Source: Tepidisphaera sp. (lineage in GTDB: Bacteria > Planctomycetota > Phycisphaerae > Phycisphaerales > UBA1924). From it: DNA of 64,000 nucleotides. Made by a program: the position numbers and the translations under genes. The stretch lies in NCBI GenBank assembly GCA_050916045.1, contig CP051526.1:2176001-2240000 (forward strand), read 5' to 3'. A model generated the notes under the pieces. That model worked only from the letters and a program-made list of their open reading frames with translations, made no database searches and had not been told where the DNA came from. Below are positions 29,119-37,762 of the stretch, piece after piece; position 1 is the first letter of the stretch, and each line of letters opens with the position of its first letter.

Positions 29119-32100
29119 TCAAGAGAGTTTCTCCACTGCCATAACCTCGTTCCCCCTCGGATCGATCACCTTCACCGCCACGCACTGGTGCTTGCCCGCA
29201 GGGAACGACAAGCTCGTCGTCCCGCTAAAAGCCTCGAACCGCCCGCTATCGATCGGGCCATCTTTCCCGTTCAGTGCTTTCTGGAGTTTCTCCCACGCGG
29301 ACTTGTCCGGGAAGAACGCTTGCGTGATGCAGAACGTCACACCGTCGTAGTCGCTGTCCAGGAACCACGCCGCGACCTTTCCCGCGCTCGCGGAGGCGAT
29401 GCTGTCGTCCACCGGGTTGTAGATGTCCACGCCGTCCATCTCGACGGTGTAGCTCGTCTTCCCGTCCTCATCCTTCGCTTTCGCGACCTTGATCCTCGGC
29501 AAGCCGAACACCGTGAACAATTGCCCCCCGCCCGGCGTCACGCTTTCCTTGAGCAAGCCGTCCATCCCGGGATTGATATCCGGCCGGATGTGCGCCAGGT
29601 GAACCTTGACCTTCAGGTTCGCCTGCTTGTCCACCGCCGTTTGCGCCGCCCCGTCGAAGTTGAACCCCGCGATCACGACATGGTCGTACCCCCGGATGTG
29701 CGCCTCTCGCACCGAGTTCACCACCACCGCCCCCGTCACCGCGCCATACTGGGGCCCGATCACCACCGCGACATTGCAGCGGTCATCCGGCTTTGGATCG
29801 CCCTTCGCGTCCTCCACCGACACCCATCGCCCCTCGGCATGGAACGGGTTGGCGGTCCCGCTCTCAAACAGCGGCTCAAACCGCGTCCACTTCATCTGCC
29901 GATTGTTCAGGAACCGAACGCCGTCGGCCTTCAGGAACCGCGTCATCTGATCCAGGTACGCCCCGATGTTCGCAACCTCCAGGTCGTTCTTCGGCTCCAC
30001 GATCCGCACGTCAAACCCGGTTTGCATCTGCTCCGGCTCACCCGCAAAGTCTCCGGACACCGAATCCCCGAGGCTCATCTCCGGCGGCTGCACCGCCTCC
30101 ACCGTGAAAGGCCCCGTGACCCGCGTCACCCCGCGCACCACCTCGGGCTGATCGACCAATTCCTCCTGCTCCGCGCTCGCCGCGATGCAAGCGTTCACCT
30201 CGTCCATCTTCTTCCGCCACGCTTCCCGGTACGCCGTCACCGCGTCGCGCAGGCCCTTCGGCCACTCTGGATCCGTATCGAAGGGCACCTGCCAATGCTC
30301 CCACCCCTGTCCGCTCTTGGGTACGCTGGATGCCCCGACCCTGGCTTTCGTCGGCACCCGCTCAAACGCCGCGTCGATCTGCTTGGGCGTCGGGCTCTTC
30401 TTGTCCTCCTTGCGGAACGCGCGATCCAAAGCCTCGGCGATCTGTTTGCGCGTCGTGCCTGGGAGGAACCACCGCCGAGCGTCCGCATCGGTCGGACTCC
30501 CAATGCCATCCTTTGCCGCTTTGGCCGCGTACTTGGCGCAGAGCGCCTCGCGGAGCTTCGCGGTGACCGGAGCAAGTTCTTCGTTCGCGTCCTTGATCCG
30601 ACTCGCGAGGATCGGCTCGTGCCGGGCGAAGATCGGATCCAGAGCGACGTTCTGAGCGATGCTCTTCAGGGTGATGTGGGGCACCGTCTTGTACACGAAG
30701 CCCCGCTTCGGAACCTCCGGCGCAACCGCCGCCGCCGTCAGCACGGTCTGGCGTTGCCCGCTCCGCGTCCCGTCCAGTTTCCCTTGCACCGTCCCCACAG
30801 CGTCCGGCTCCGAGTCCTTGATCTTGTAAAAGTCAAACTTTCCTGTCAGGAGACGCTGGCGAGCGATGGCGATGGCGACACGGCTCGTGTCTGTAGTGAT
30901 CCATCGGCGGCCCCACTGCTCGGCAACATACGCCGTCGTCCCCGACCCGCACGTCGGGTCCAGAACAAGATCGCCGGGGTCGGTGGTCATGAGCAGGCAA
31001 CGCGCAATGACCTTCGTTGTCGTTTGCACTACATACTGTCGTGCTTCCGCAAACCCTCCCGTGAGTGTGTCTGTCCATGCGTTGTTTAGCGGCAAACAAG
31101 GAAAGTCCAAAGCGAAGCGGCGATACGACAAGGTTGAGCCGTATGCCTCCAGTCGGCTTGCGCCTCGCAATCGCAAGAGGCCAGCAAGGTGTGTCTTAAA
31201 CGTTCCCTTGCTAGGTCCGTATGCCTTGCCTTCGAAGTCCACAGACTTCACGTCTCCCTCTTGCGCAGGGCGCTGACTGGTAAGGTTGTCGCGGCGGTAC
31301 ACGCGAGCACCCGGCGCAACGCTTGTCCAGTCAACTGCCTCCGTCTCGATCATCCGTCGAAACTCTCCCGCCGGCGTCGCAAGATAGTCGTAGTTGACCC
31401 AACCTTCGCCCTCGCGCTGAAGATACAGCGGGCGATACTTCAACTTAGTTGCATCGCGTGCGTACCAAAGGAGATAGTCAGCAACGACAGGCAAACGGTT
31501 ACCTGAAGCGCTCATCGTTTTGTGAAACGCTATGACGTTGCAGGAGTTCGTCGCCCCAAAGACCTCGTCCATCACATCCCGCACACGATGCAGGTTCTCA
31601 TCGCTGATCTGCACAAAGATGCTCCCCGTGTCGGCGAGGAGTTCCCTAGCGACGATCAGCCGGTCGCGGAGGTACGACAGGTACGAGTGGATGCCCAGAT
31701 GCCAGGTGTCGCGGTAGGCCCGCACCATCTCCGGCTCGCGGGTCAGGTCCTCCTGCTTGTCTTTCACGTCCCGCTTGCCCACCTCGGGCTGGAAGTTGCT
31801 GGCGAACTTGATCCCGTAGGGAGGGTCCATATAGATCATCTGGACCTTTCCCGCCAAGTCCTCCCGCCGGGCGAGAGAGGACATCACCTGGAGCGAGTCC
31901 CCGAGGATCAGCCGGTTCGACCAGTCCACATCGTGCTTGTAGAACTGGACGGCGTCGTGGTACTCCTGCTCTGGATCGGCGAAGAGGAACTTGTCCACGT
32001 CCTGCCGGGCCGCGACCTTCAGAATGGCCTGCGTGCTCACCCGCTCGTGGATGTGGAGGGCGACGGGGTCCACGGCGAAGGATGGTTTCTCCCGCTTGCC

Positions 32101-32433
32101 GGTCCATTCGAGCCACGGCTCGTGGCGGCGGAGGGCATCGGCGAGGATCTTCACCTCGTCCGGCGTCAGCGGCTCCCGCCCGGCTTTCGCGAGGAGCGAC
32201 GGGATCGCATCCGAGCCGGCTTTCCCTTTGGCGTCAAACCGAAGCACCGGCGGCAGGTGCGGGTTGTACGCATACTCGGTGCGGGGGAGGACCTTCACCT
32301 CCCCTTCGGCCGCGAGCTTCGCCGGAGGGTTGTTCTTTCGCTTGGAGCCGTGTGGGGGCGGCCCGCCGTGGCGATAAACGCCGAGCGGAAGTTTGTCGGA
32401 ACTCTCGTTGTTCGGCTTCGCCTTCTTCGCCAC
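29119..32433 (-). CDS. mod: Type III Mod-like adenine DNA methyltransferase
   Basis: NRLILGDSL, VQMIYMDPPYG, GSIFVQISDEN, DLVLDPTCGSGTTAYVAEQWGRRWI. GTG start at 32433 after GGAGG. Confidence 0.92.
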   Translation of the reverse strand: MAKKAKPNNESSDKLPLGVYRHGGPPPHGSKRKNNPPAKLAAEGEVKVLPRTEYAYNPHLPPVLRFDAKGKAGSDAIPSLLAKAGREPLTPDEVKILADALRRHEPWLEWTGKREKPSFAVDPVALHIHERVSTQAILKVAARQDVDKFLFADPEQEYHDAVQFYKHDVDWSNRLILGDSLQVMSSLARREDLAGKVQMIYMDPPYGIKFASNFQPEVGKRDVKDKQEDLTREPEMVRAYRDTWHLGIHSYLSYLRDRLIVARELLADTGSIFVQISDENLHRVRDVMDEVFGATNSCNVIAFHKTMSASGNRLPVVADYLLWYARDATKLKYRPLYLQREGEGWVNYDYLATPAGEFRRMIETEAVDWTSVAPGARVYRRDNLTSQRPAQEGDVKSVDFEGKAYGPSKGTFKTHLAGLLRLRGASRLEAYGSTLSYRRFALDFPCLPLNNAWTDTLTGGFAEARQYVVQTTTKVIARCLLMTTDPGDLVLDPTCGSGTTAYVAEQWGRRWITTDTSRVAIAIARQRLLTGKFDFYKIKDSEPDAVGTVQGKLDGTRSGQRQTVLTAAAVAPEVPKRGFVYKTVPHITLKSIAQNVALDPIFARHEPILASRIKDANEELAPVTAKLREALCAKYAAKAAKDGIGSPTDADARRWFLPGTTRKQIAEALDRAFRKEDKKSPTPKQIDAAFERVPTKARVGASSVPKSGQGWEHWQVPFDTDPEWPKGLRDAVTAYREAWRKKMDEVNACIAASAEQEELVDQPEVVRGVTRVTGPFTVEAVQPPEMSLGDSVSGDFAGEPEQMQTGFDVRIVEPKNDLEVANIGAYLDQMTRFLKADGVRFLNNRQMKWTRFEPLFESGTANPFHAEGRWVSVEDAKGDPKPDDRCNVAVVIGPQYGAVTGAVVVNSVREAHIRGYDHVVIAGFNFDGAAQTAVDKQANLKVKVHLAHIRPDINPGMDGLLKESVTPGGGQLFTVFGLPRIKVAKAKDEDGKTSYTVEMDGVDIYNPVDDSIASASAGKVAAWFLDSDYDGVTFCITQAFFPDKSAWEKLQKALNGKDGPIDSGRFEAFSGTTSLSFPAGKHQCVAVKVIDPRGNEVMAVEKLS

Positions 32434-32581
32434 GCGGTCCTCCCAAGGAAGCCCGGAGTGTACTCGAAAGGGGGGCCGTGGGGTTGACGGGAGCCGCTGA
32501 TCGGGAGGGTGGCTTGGGGACAAGCTGCCGCCCGGCTCCGTTCGCTCGCGGGATCCCCGAGAATGGCGGAAAGGAGCGACC

Positions 32582-33460
32582 ATGGAAGCATCCGCCGACA
32601 CAAATTTGAGCCGTCCGGCCGAACCCCATCCGCTCATTCGGATGTTCAACCTCTTCCAGACCGTGCCGATGGCGGTGCGTCGTTTGCGGGCGATGGCGGA
32701 GTGGTTTGACCGGCTCTCGGATGGAGGCAAGAAGATGCCCTCCGAGGTGTACGCCCGACGGCTGAAGAGGAAGCCGCTCCCGAAGCCCAAGCCCGGCGTG
32801 TACCAGCACACGATCCGCGACGACTTCATGCTCCTGAAAATTGACATCGACGCGACCCGACTGTGTCTTCAGGCTCTTCCGGCCGCCGGGGAGCAGATGG
32901 ATCAAGCTCTCAATCCCGGCGCAATGTCCTGGAGTGTGAACCTTCACCGCGCCTTGTTCGCACTGAGCCATCAGCAACAGACGGTGGGATTCGCATGGAA
33001 CGGAAGGGGATTCAACCTCAAGGAGAGCGTGGCGTCCCTCGATCGGATCGACGAGATCATCAGGAGGTCATTGGGTGAACTGATCGCCGTACTGGAACTG
33101 AAGGGAATCGCCTCCCTCGGATCCTCGATCGATGTTCAAAAGCTCGCGGGCGGAAAGACGGTCCCCAAGTTCGACATCCCGCTGGAAGGGCTCACCGTCA
33201 AAGTGCTCTGTGAGATCGGTGATATCTCCGAAGGGAGCCTGAAGGCGCTGCGCGACGCGGCGGGCGTCTCCGGTCGTGCGCAAGGCGAACCTTTCAAGCT
33301 CTCCGAGTTTCGACTCATGGTCAGCTTCTGTCGGTCGGAGTCTGCCAAGCCATCTTGGAAGAAGGCGCTCTCGAATTGGTCCGAGCGAATGGGAACGGGA
33401 GTTCTAGAGGCTTCGCCCACAAGCTTGACCCCAAGCCCACAAAGACGGACGAAGCCGTAG
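32582..33460 (+). CDS. Hypothetical protein, possible C-terminal HTH
   Basis: 292-aa ORF with AAGGAG RBS. LTVKVLCEIGDISEGSLKALRD resembles an HTH. First gene of the backbone. Confidence 0.6.
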   Translation: MEASADTNLSRPAEPHPLIRMFNLFQTVPMAVRRLRAMAEWFDRLSDGGKKMPSEVYARRLKRKPLPKPKPGVYQHTIRDDFMLLKIDIDATRLCLQALPAAGEQMDQALNPGAMSWSVNLHRALFALSHQQQTVGFAWNGRGFNLKESVASLDRIDEIIRRSLGELIAVLELKGIASLGSSIDVQKLAGGKTVPKFDIPLEGLTVKVLCEIGDISEGSLKALRDAAGVSGRAQGEPFKLSEFRLMVSFCRSESAKPSWKKALSNWSERMGTGVLEASPTSLTPSPQRRTKP

Positions 33461-33540
33461 CTCGATCGCACGTGATGGGACAAAGTGCATGGACCGCTCG
33501 CGAACGTCGCGGGCGGGCAAGCTCACTTCAGGAGCATCCC

Positions 33541-33789
33541 ATGCAACCGTCCTCCACTCCGATCTCCCCCTCCTCATCCGCACCCCGCGCCCAAGCGGTG
33601 ACGACCGAAGCGAGCCGCCCGCTCGTTGACTACGTCACCGCCGCCGGGTTGCTCGGCGTCTCTGTGCGGACGGCCCGCACGCTGGTGAAGACCGGCCTCC
33701 TCCCCGCCATCCGGATCCGCCGCCGCGTCCTGATCGACCCGGCGGACGTGACCGCGTTCATCGCCCGGGCGAAAGCGGAGGCTCGCTGA
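33541..33789 (+). CDS. Excisionase-like (HTH_17) DNA-binding protein
   Basis: AGGAG RBS. LVDYVTAAGLLGVSVRTARTLVKTGLLPAIRIRRRVLIDPADVTAFI. Confidence 0.85.
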   Translation: MQPSSTPISPSSSAPRAQAVTTEASRPLVDYVTAAGLLGVSVRTARTLVKTGLLPAIRIRRRVLIDPADVTAFIARAKAEAR

Positions 33790-33809
33790 GTTCCAAGGAG
33801 ACGCAAATC

Positions 33810-34028
33810 ATGGGACACACCGAAAAGCCGTTGCCCCTGCCCGCCGGTCTCCTGGACACCACCCAGGTCACCGCGATCCTCAACATCTCCGCCCGCACCC
33901 TCTGGAGCCTCGTCGCCTCCGGCGAGATCCCTGTCGTCCGCATCCGCCGCCGCCGTCTCTTCGACCCCGCCGACGTTCGTGCGTACATCGAAGCCGCCAA
34001 GTCCGGCGGGAAGGGGGGGCGGAAATGA
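33810..34028 (+). CDS. Second excisionase-like (HTH_17) protein
   Basis: AAGGAG RBS. LLDTTQVTAILNISARTLWSLVASGEIPVVRIRRRRLFDPADVRAYI. Confidence 0.87.
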   Translation: MGHTEKPLPLPAGLLDTTQVTAILNISARTLWSLVASGEIPVVRIRRRRLFDPADVRAYIEAAKSGGKGGRK

Positions 34029-35998
34029 CGCCCACCGAACGCCTGTTGGACGCCCTTCGTTCTCACGGACTCAAGCCCCGCCAGACACAGACGGGGTGGA
34101 GTTGCCATTGTCCCGGGCACGATGACAGGAAGCCGAGCCTCGGAATCGCCGAGGGAGAGAAGGGCGGCGCGGTGCTGAAATGCCGCGCGGGATGTGAAAC
34201 CACGCATGTGCTCTCGAAAGTCGGGTTGACGCTCAAAGACATCATGCCCGAGGATGCCTCTCGCCTTCCCACCCCCACTCGTCCGCCCTTCCCTCGCGGC
34301 GGCTCCCGATCATCCGCACCCCTCCAGCCTCCCGAGGGCGTCTCCGCCGAGGCTTGGGCCAGGATCGGCGCACGTGCCGAGGGGGGGCGTTGGGCGATTC
34401 CCGAGAAGGATGCATTGGGGAACGTCATCGGGACGGCGTACAGGCTTGCGAACGGGTCCAAGGACTTTGAGCGGGGTGGGAAGCGGGGTCTGATCTACCC
34501 GGATGGCTACCCCTTGCCGGACGGCGTCGGAGCGTCATGGGAGCGTCCCCTCTTCATCTGTGAGGGAGCATCGGATACCGCCGCCCTGCTCACCTTGGGG
34601 TTGCAGGCGGTCGGCGTGCCGAGCTGCGGACAAGGGGGCAAGCACCTCGCGGACCTCGCCAAGAGCCTGTTCGTCTGTTTCGTGACCGACACGGACGCCC
34701 CCGGTCGGAGGGGGTCCTCCGACCTGGCGAATGACATCGCCGCGAACGCCGCCGGGATCAAGATCATCGACCCGCCCAACGGGGCGAAGGACGCCAGGGA
34801 ATCGGTCATCGCCGGGGCGGACGGGTCGGCGTTCCTGACGCTCGCCCGAGAAGCCACCCTGTGGACCCCCTCGGATTCGTTTCAATCGCCTACGCACGTA
34901 AGCGAACGAAACGAATCGGACCTCTACCAGTTGGTCTCGATCGCCGATTTGGGCCCCGCCGTCGAACCCGAGTGGCTTTGGAGCGGCTACCTCGCCCGGG
35001 GCGGAATCACCCTCCTCACGGGGCTCTGGAAGGCCGGGAAGACAACCCTGATGGGGTACCTGCTTCGGGACCTCTACCTCGGGTCCGGGCTCGCGTCCGC
35101 GCGGTTGGAGGGCCCGACCCTGTACGTGAGTGAAGAGCCGTCGGGGCTGTGGTCGGCTCGCCGCGACAAGCTTGGCTTGAACCCGAAGATTCACTTCGTC
35201 AAGCGGGCGACGTTCACCCGCCCCACCCTCGTGGACTGGTATCGGTTCGTGTCGCAATTGGTCGAGGATGTTCGCCGCCTCGGAGCGGCCTTTGTCGTGT
35301 TCGACACGCTGTCGAGCATTTGGCCCGTGGCGAACGAGAACGACGCCGGGGAGGTCATGGCGGCCGTGACGCCCCTTCGGGAACTGTCGGAGGCTGGCGC
35401 GGCGGTCCTGTTGATCCACCACCCGAAGAAAGGCGACGGTGCGGAGGCGACGGCGTCTCGCGGGTCCGGCGCGCTTACGGGCTTTGTGGATGTGATTCTT
35501 GAACTGCGCCGAAGTGACCCCGCGAACGAGAGCGACCGCCGCCGAAAGCTCAAAGCCTACGGCCGGTACGAGTCAATCCCTCCCGAGTGTGTCCTTGAGC
35601 TTGGCGATGACGGTTACCACGTTCTTGGCGACGCCCCAGCCGTCCGGCAGGCCGACATCTTGGACCACATCTATCGGCTTCTCCCCGCGAGCCCTCCCGG
35701 GCTGACTGTGGAGGAGGTCAAGGTCGCGTGGTCGTCGGGCGTCCCGCCGGGCGCGACGCTGCTGCGGGAGCTTCTTGAGCGTGGATACGAGGAGTATCGC
35801 TGGTCCCGGACCGGATCAGGCAATCGCGGGTCGCCGCTCCGATACCACCGCCGGTCGGTGACGGTCGATTCGTTTCCGTCGCCGCCGTCCGTAGGCGAGC
35901 GAGACGATTCCTTCCCTCTCACGCCAACCCCCGGCGCGTCCGGTTCTTCTCTCACGCCCGGGCCAAACGATTCGAGTTCGGCCAATGACACGAGATAG
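34025..35998 (+). CDS. Primase-helicase (Zn-binding, TOPRIM and RepA/AAA_25-type ATPase domains)
   Basis: CPGHDDRKPSL...LKCRAGC, FICEGASD, DTDAPG...KDARE, Walker A GLWKAGKTT, Walker B VVFDTLS, LIHHPKK, SRGSGAL. Confidence 0.88.
   Translation: MTPTERLLDALRSHGLKPRQTQTGWSCHCPGHDDRKPSLGIAEGEKGGAVLKCRAGCETTHVLSKVGLTLKDIMPEDASRLPTPTRPPFPRGGSRSSAPLQPPEGVSAEAWARIGARAEGGRWAIPEKDALGNVIGTAYRLANGSKDFERGGKRGLIYPDGYPLPDGVGASWERPLFICEGASDTAALLTLGLQAVGVPSCGQGGKHLADLAKSLFVCFVTDTDAPGRRGSSDLANDIAANAAGIKIIDPPNGAKDARESVIAGADGSAFLTLAREATLWTPSDSFQSPTHVSERNESDLYQLVSIADLGPAVEPEWLWSGYLARGGITLLTGLWKAGKTTLMGYLLRDLYLGSGLASARLEGPTLYVSEEPSGLWSARRDKLGLNPKIHFVKRATFTRPTLVDWYRFVSQLVEDVRRLGAAFVVFDTLSSIWPVANENDAGEVMAAVTPLRELSEAGAAVLLIHHPKKGDGAEATASRGSGALTGFVDVILELRRSDPANESDRRRKLKAYGRYESIPPECVLELGDDGYHVLGDAPAVRQADILDHIYRLLPASPPGLTVEEVKVAWSSGVPPGATLLRELLERGYEEYRWSRTGSGNRGSPLRYHRRSVTVDSFPSPPSVGERDDSFPLTPTPGASGSSLTPGPNDSSSANDTR
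34874..35910 (+). repeat. Two 44-bp related quasi-palindromic units (34874-34917 and 35867-35910) within the primase-helicase gene
   Basis: 34/44 identical. The first unit is GATTCGTTTC-N24-GAAACGAATC, a perfect 10-bp inverted repeat. Confidence 0.65.
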
Positions 35999-36036
35999 TC
36001 CTTGCGTTCTCACAACGGCTCTGGTATGCTCCCGAC

Positions 36037-36243
36037 ATGACCACCGTTTCGGACCAGCTGCGGCAAGCGATCAAGGCGAGCCCACTCTCACGGAATCAGC
36101 TTGCCGAGCAATCGGGCGTCCCCGCCTCAGGAATCAGCCGGTTCATGGCGGGTACGGAACTCAGGACCGGCAACGTGGACCGACTCTGCGTGGTCCTCGG
36201 ACTCAAGCTGACGCACACCGGCAAGGCCGGAAAGGATCGGTAG
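36037..36243 (+). CDS. XRE-family HTH regulator
   Basis: SDQLRQAIKASPLSRNQLAEQSGVPASGISRFMAG...VDRLCVVLGL, ending 3 nt before the integrase start. Confidence 0.85.
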   Translation: MTTVSDQLRQAIKASPLSRNQLAEQSGVPASGISRFMAGTELRTGNVDRLCVVLGLKLTHTGKAGKDR

Positions 36244-36246
36244 AAC

Positions 36247-37680
36247 ATGCCCTCACGACGCTCCAAAGGCCAAGGCTCTGTCTTCCGTCGCAGCGGCGCA
36301 GGCCCGTACATCGCCACGTGGGTTGACCATTCGGGCAAACGGTGCCAGAAGTCCACCCAGACGACCGACAAGGCGACCGCCCTCCGGATCCTCGGCAAGT
36401 TCGTCGCCGATGCCGCTCTCCGACGCGAGGGTGTCATCGACGCCGCAGCGGACCGCTACGCCGTCCAAGGCCGCATCCCCTTCGAGACGCACGCGGAGCA
36501 ATACCTCGCCAACTGTGAGCGTCGGGGCCTTGACGCCGAGCACATCGCGAGCAAGCGGAAGCACCTTACGGGCTTCCGGGAAGTCTCGAAGATCGAGTTG
36601 CTCTACGCGGTCACCCCCGACACCCTCGAAACCTACCTTGCGAGCGTGAAGGACGCCGGACGCTCCGCCCGCTCCGTGAACTTCGCCCGTCAACAGCTCG
36701 TCGCCTTCGCCGGGTGGTGCGTCAAGACCGGACGGCTCCTCGGCAACCCGTTCAAGTCCGTTTCCATTCAGGACGAATCCCAGGATCGCCGCCGCGTCCG
36801 CCGCCCGCTCACGGACGATGAACTCGGCCGGTTGGTCCAGGTCGCGTCGGACAGGGGACGCGCCGCGTGGTACCTCGGTGCGGCCCTCGCCGGGCTTCGG
36901 CGTGGCGACCTCAAGCGGATCGAATGGCGCGACGTGAATCTCACGGAGAAGACGCTCACGATCCGGAACGGCAAAGCCAAACGCACCGACGTGCTTTCGA
37001 TGCACCCGCAACTCGTCCAGGCCTTTCGGGATCACTTGAAGGCCCATCCGGGGGTTCCTACTGCCCGCGTCTTCCGCGAAGCCGTGACGAACCGGACCCG
37101 CCTCTCCGACTTCCTGCGCGCTGGCATCGCACGCCGCGTCCCGATCCTCGGGGCCGACGGCAAGCCCGTCCGCATCGGCAAGGGCAAGCGGGAGCGGGAC
37201 AAGACCCGGATCGACTGCACCGACGCCGAAGGCCGCATCGCCGACCTGCACGCCCTCCGGACCACCCTCGGCACCCAGCTCGCCCGCGCGGGCGTCGCCC
37301 CGCAGGTCGCGCAGAAGATCATGCGGCATAGCGACTACCGGACCACCCTGAAGAGCTACACCGTCCTCGGCCTCCACGATACCGCGACGGCCGTCGCCAA
37401 GCTCCCGAGCATCCGGACACCCGGCCGCGAGGAACAGCGGGCAACCGGCACCCACGGCCAACCACAAGCGGTAGTGGTCAACCCACAGCTTGAGTCACAG
37501 CTTATCCGACGCGATTCGATGCAAATTGGTGCGACTCGCCGCACGGACCCCACCTCGGTCCCCCACCCCTCCCGAAGCGATTCGGCCCTAGAAAACAGGG
37601 CTATTTCATCGCATTCTGATGCACCGAGTGGAATGGAGCGGAAGAGACTCGAACTCTCAACCCCTAGCTTGCAAAGCTAG
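36247..37680 (+). CDS. int: Tyrosine recombinase/integrase
   Basis: N-terminal arm-binding-like GQGSVFRR. Catalytic motifs GLRRGDL, NGKAKR, DLHALRTT, MRHSDYRTTLKSY. The C-terminus runs through the att core. Confidence 0.95.
   Translation: MPSRRSKGQGSVFRRSGAGPYIATWVDHSGKRCQKSTQTTDKATALRILGKFVADAALRREGVIDAAADRYAVQGRIPFETHAEQYLANCERRGLDAEHIASKRKHLTGFREVSKIELLYAVTPDTLETYLASVKDAGRSARSVNFARQQLVAFAGWCVKTGRLLGNPFKSVSIQDESQDRRRVRRPLTDDELGRLVQVASDRGRAAWYLGAALAGLRRGDLKRIEWRDVNLTEKTLTIRNGKAKRTDVLSMHPQLVQAFRDHLKAHPGVPTARVFREAVTNRTRLSDFLRAGIARRVPILGADGKPVRIGKGKRERDKTRIDCTDAEGRIADLHALRTTLGTQLARAGVAPQVAQKIMRHSDYRTTLKSYTVLGLHDTATAVAKLPSIRTPGREEQRATGTHGQPQAVVVNPQLESQLIRRDSMQIGATRRTDPTSVPHPSRSDSALENRAISSHSDAPSGMERKRLELSTPSLQS
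37482..37506 (+). promoter_or_regulatory. Putative integrase arm-type binding sites (tandem CACAGCTT)
   Basis: CCCACAGCTTGAGTCACAGCTTATC, 22/25 match to 7681-7705. Confidence 0.7.
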
Positions 37681-37706
37681 TGCTCTACCAATTGAGCTAC
37701 CGCCCC
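37634..37706 (-). tRNA. tRNA-Ala(TGC), integration target
   Basis: GGGGCGGTAGCTCAATTGGTAGAGCACTAGCTTTGCAAGCTAGGGGTTGAGAGTTCGAGTCTCTTCCGCTCCA. G3:U70 pair, anticodon TGC, CCA not encoded. Confidence 0.97.
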
Positions 37707-37762
37707 GTGGGGCTCGATTCTAGCACGGTCTCTCCGTGCTTCTCGCCGTCGGCAAAGCGTCG

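Larger units (their letters stand above)
7577..37677. mobile_element. ~30.1 kb tRNA-Ala-integrated genomic island with a satellite-like backbone
   Basis: 46-bp terminal direct repeats from tRNA-Ala, adjacent tyrosine integrase, Xis-like HTH genes, primase-helicase, matching arm-type repeats inside both ends, and accessory cargo. Confidence 0.93.

Noticed and set aside
28861..31089. 742-aa plus-strand ORF
   Set aside because: Antisense shadow of the methyltransferase.
7577..37677. Prophage, filamentous phage or ICE
   Set aside because: No capsid, terminase, tail, Zot-like, relaxase or VirB4/T4CP genes recognised. The ATPase is clearly GspE-type.
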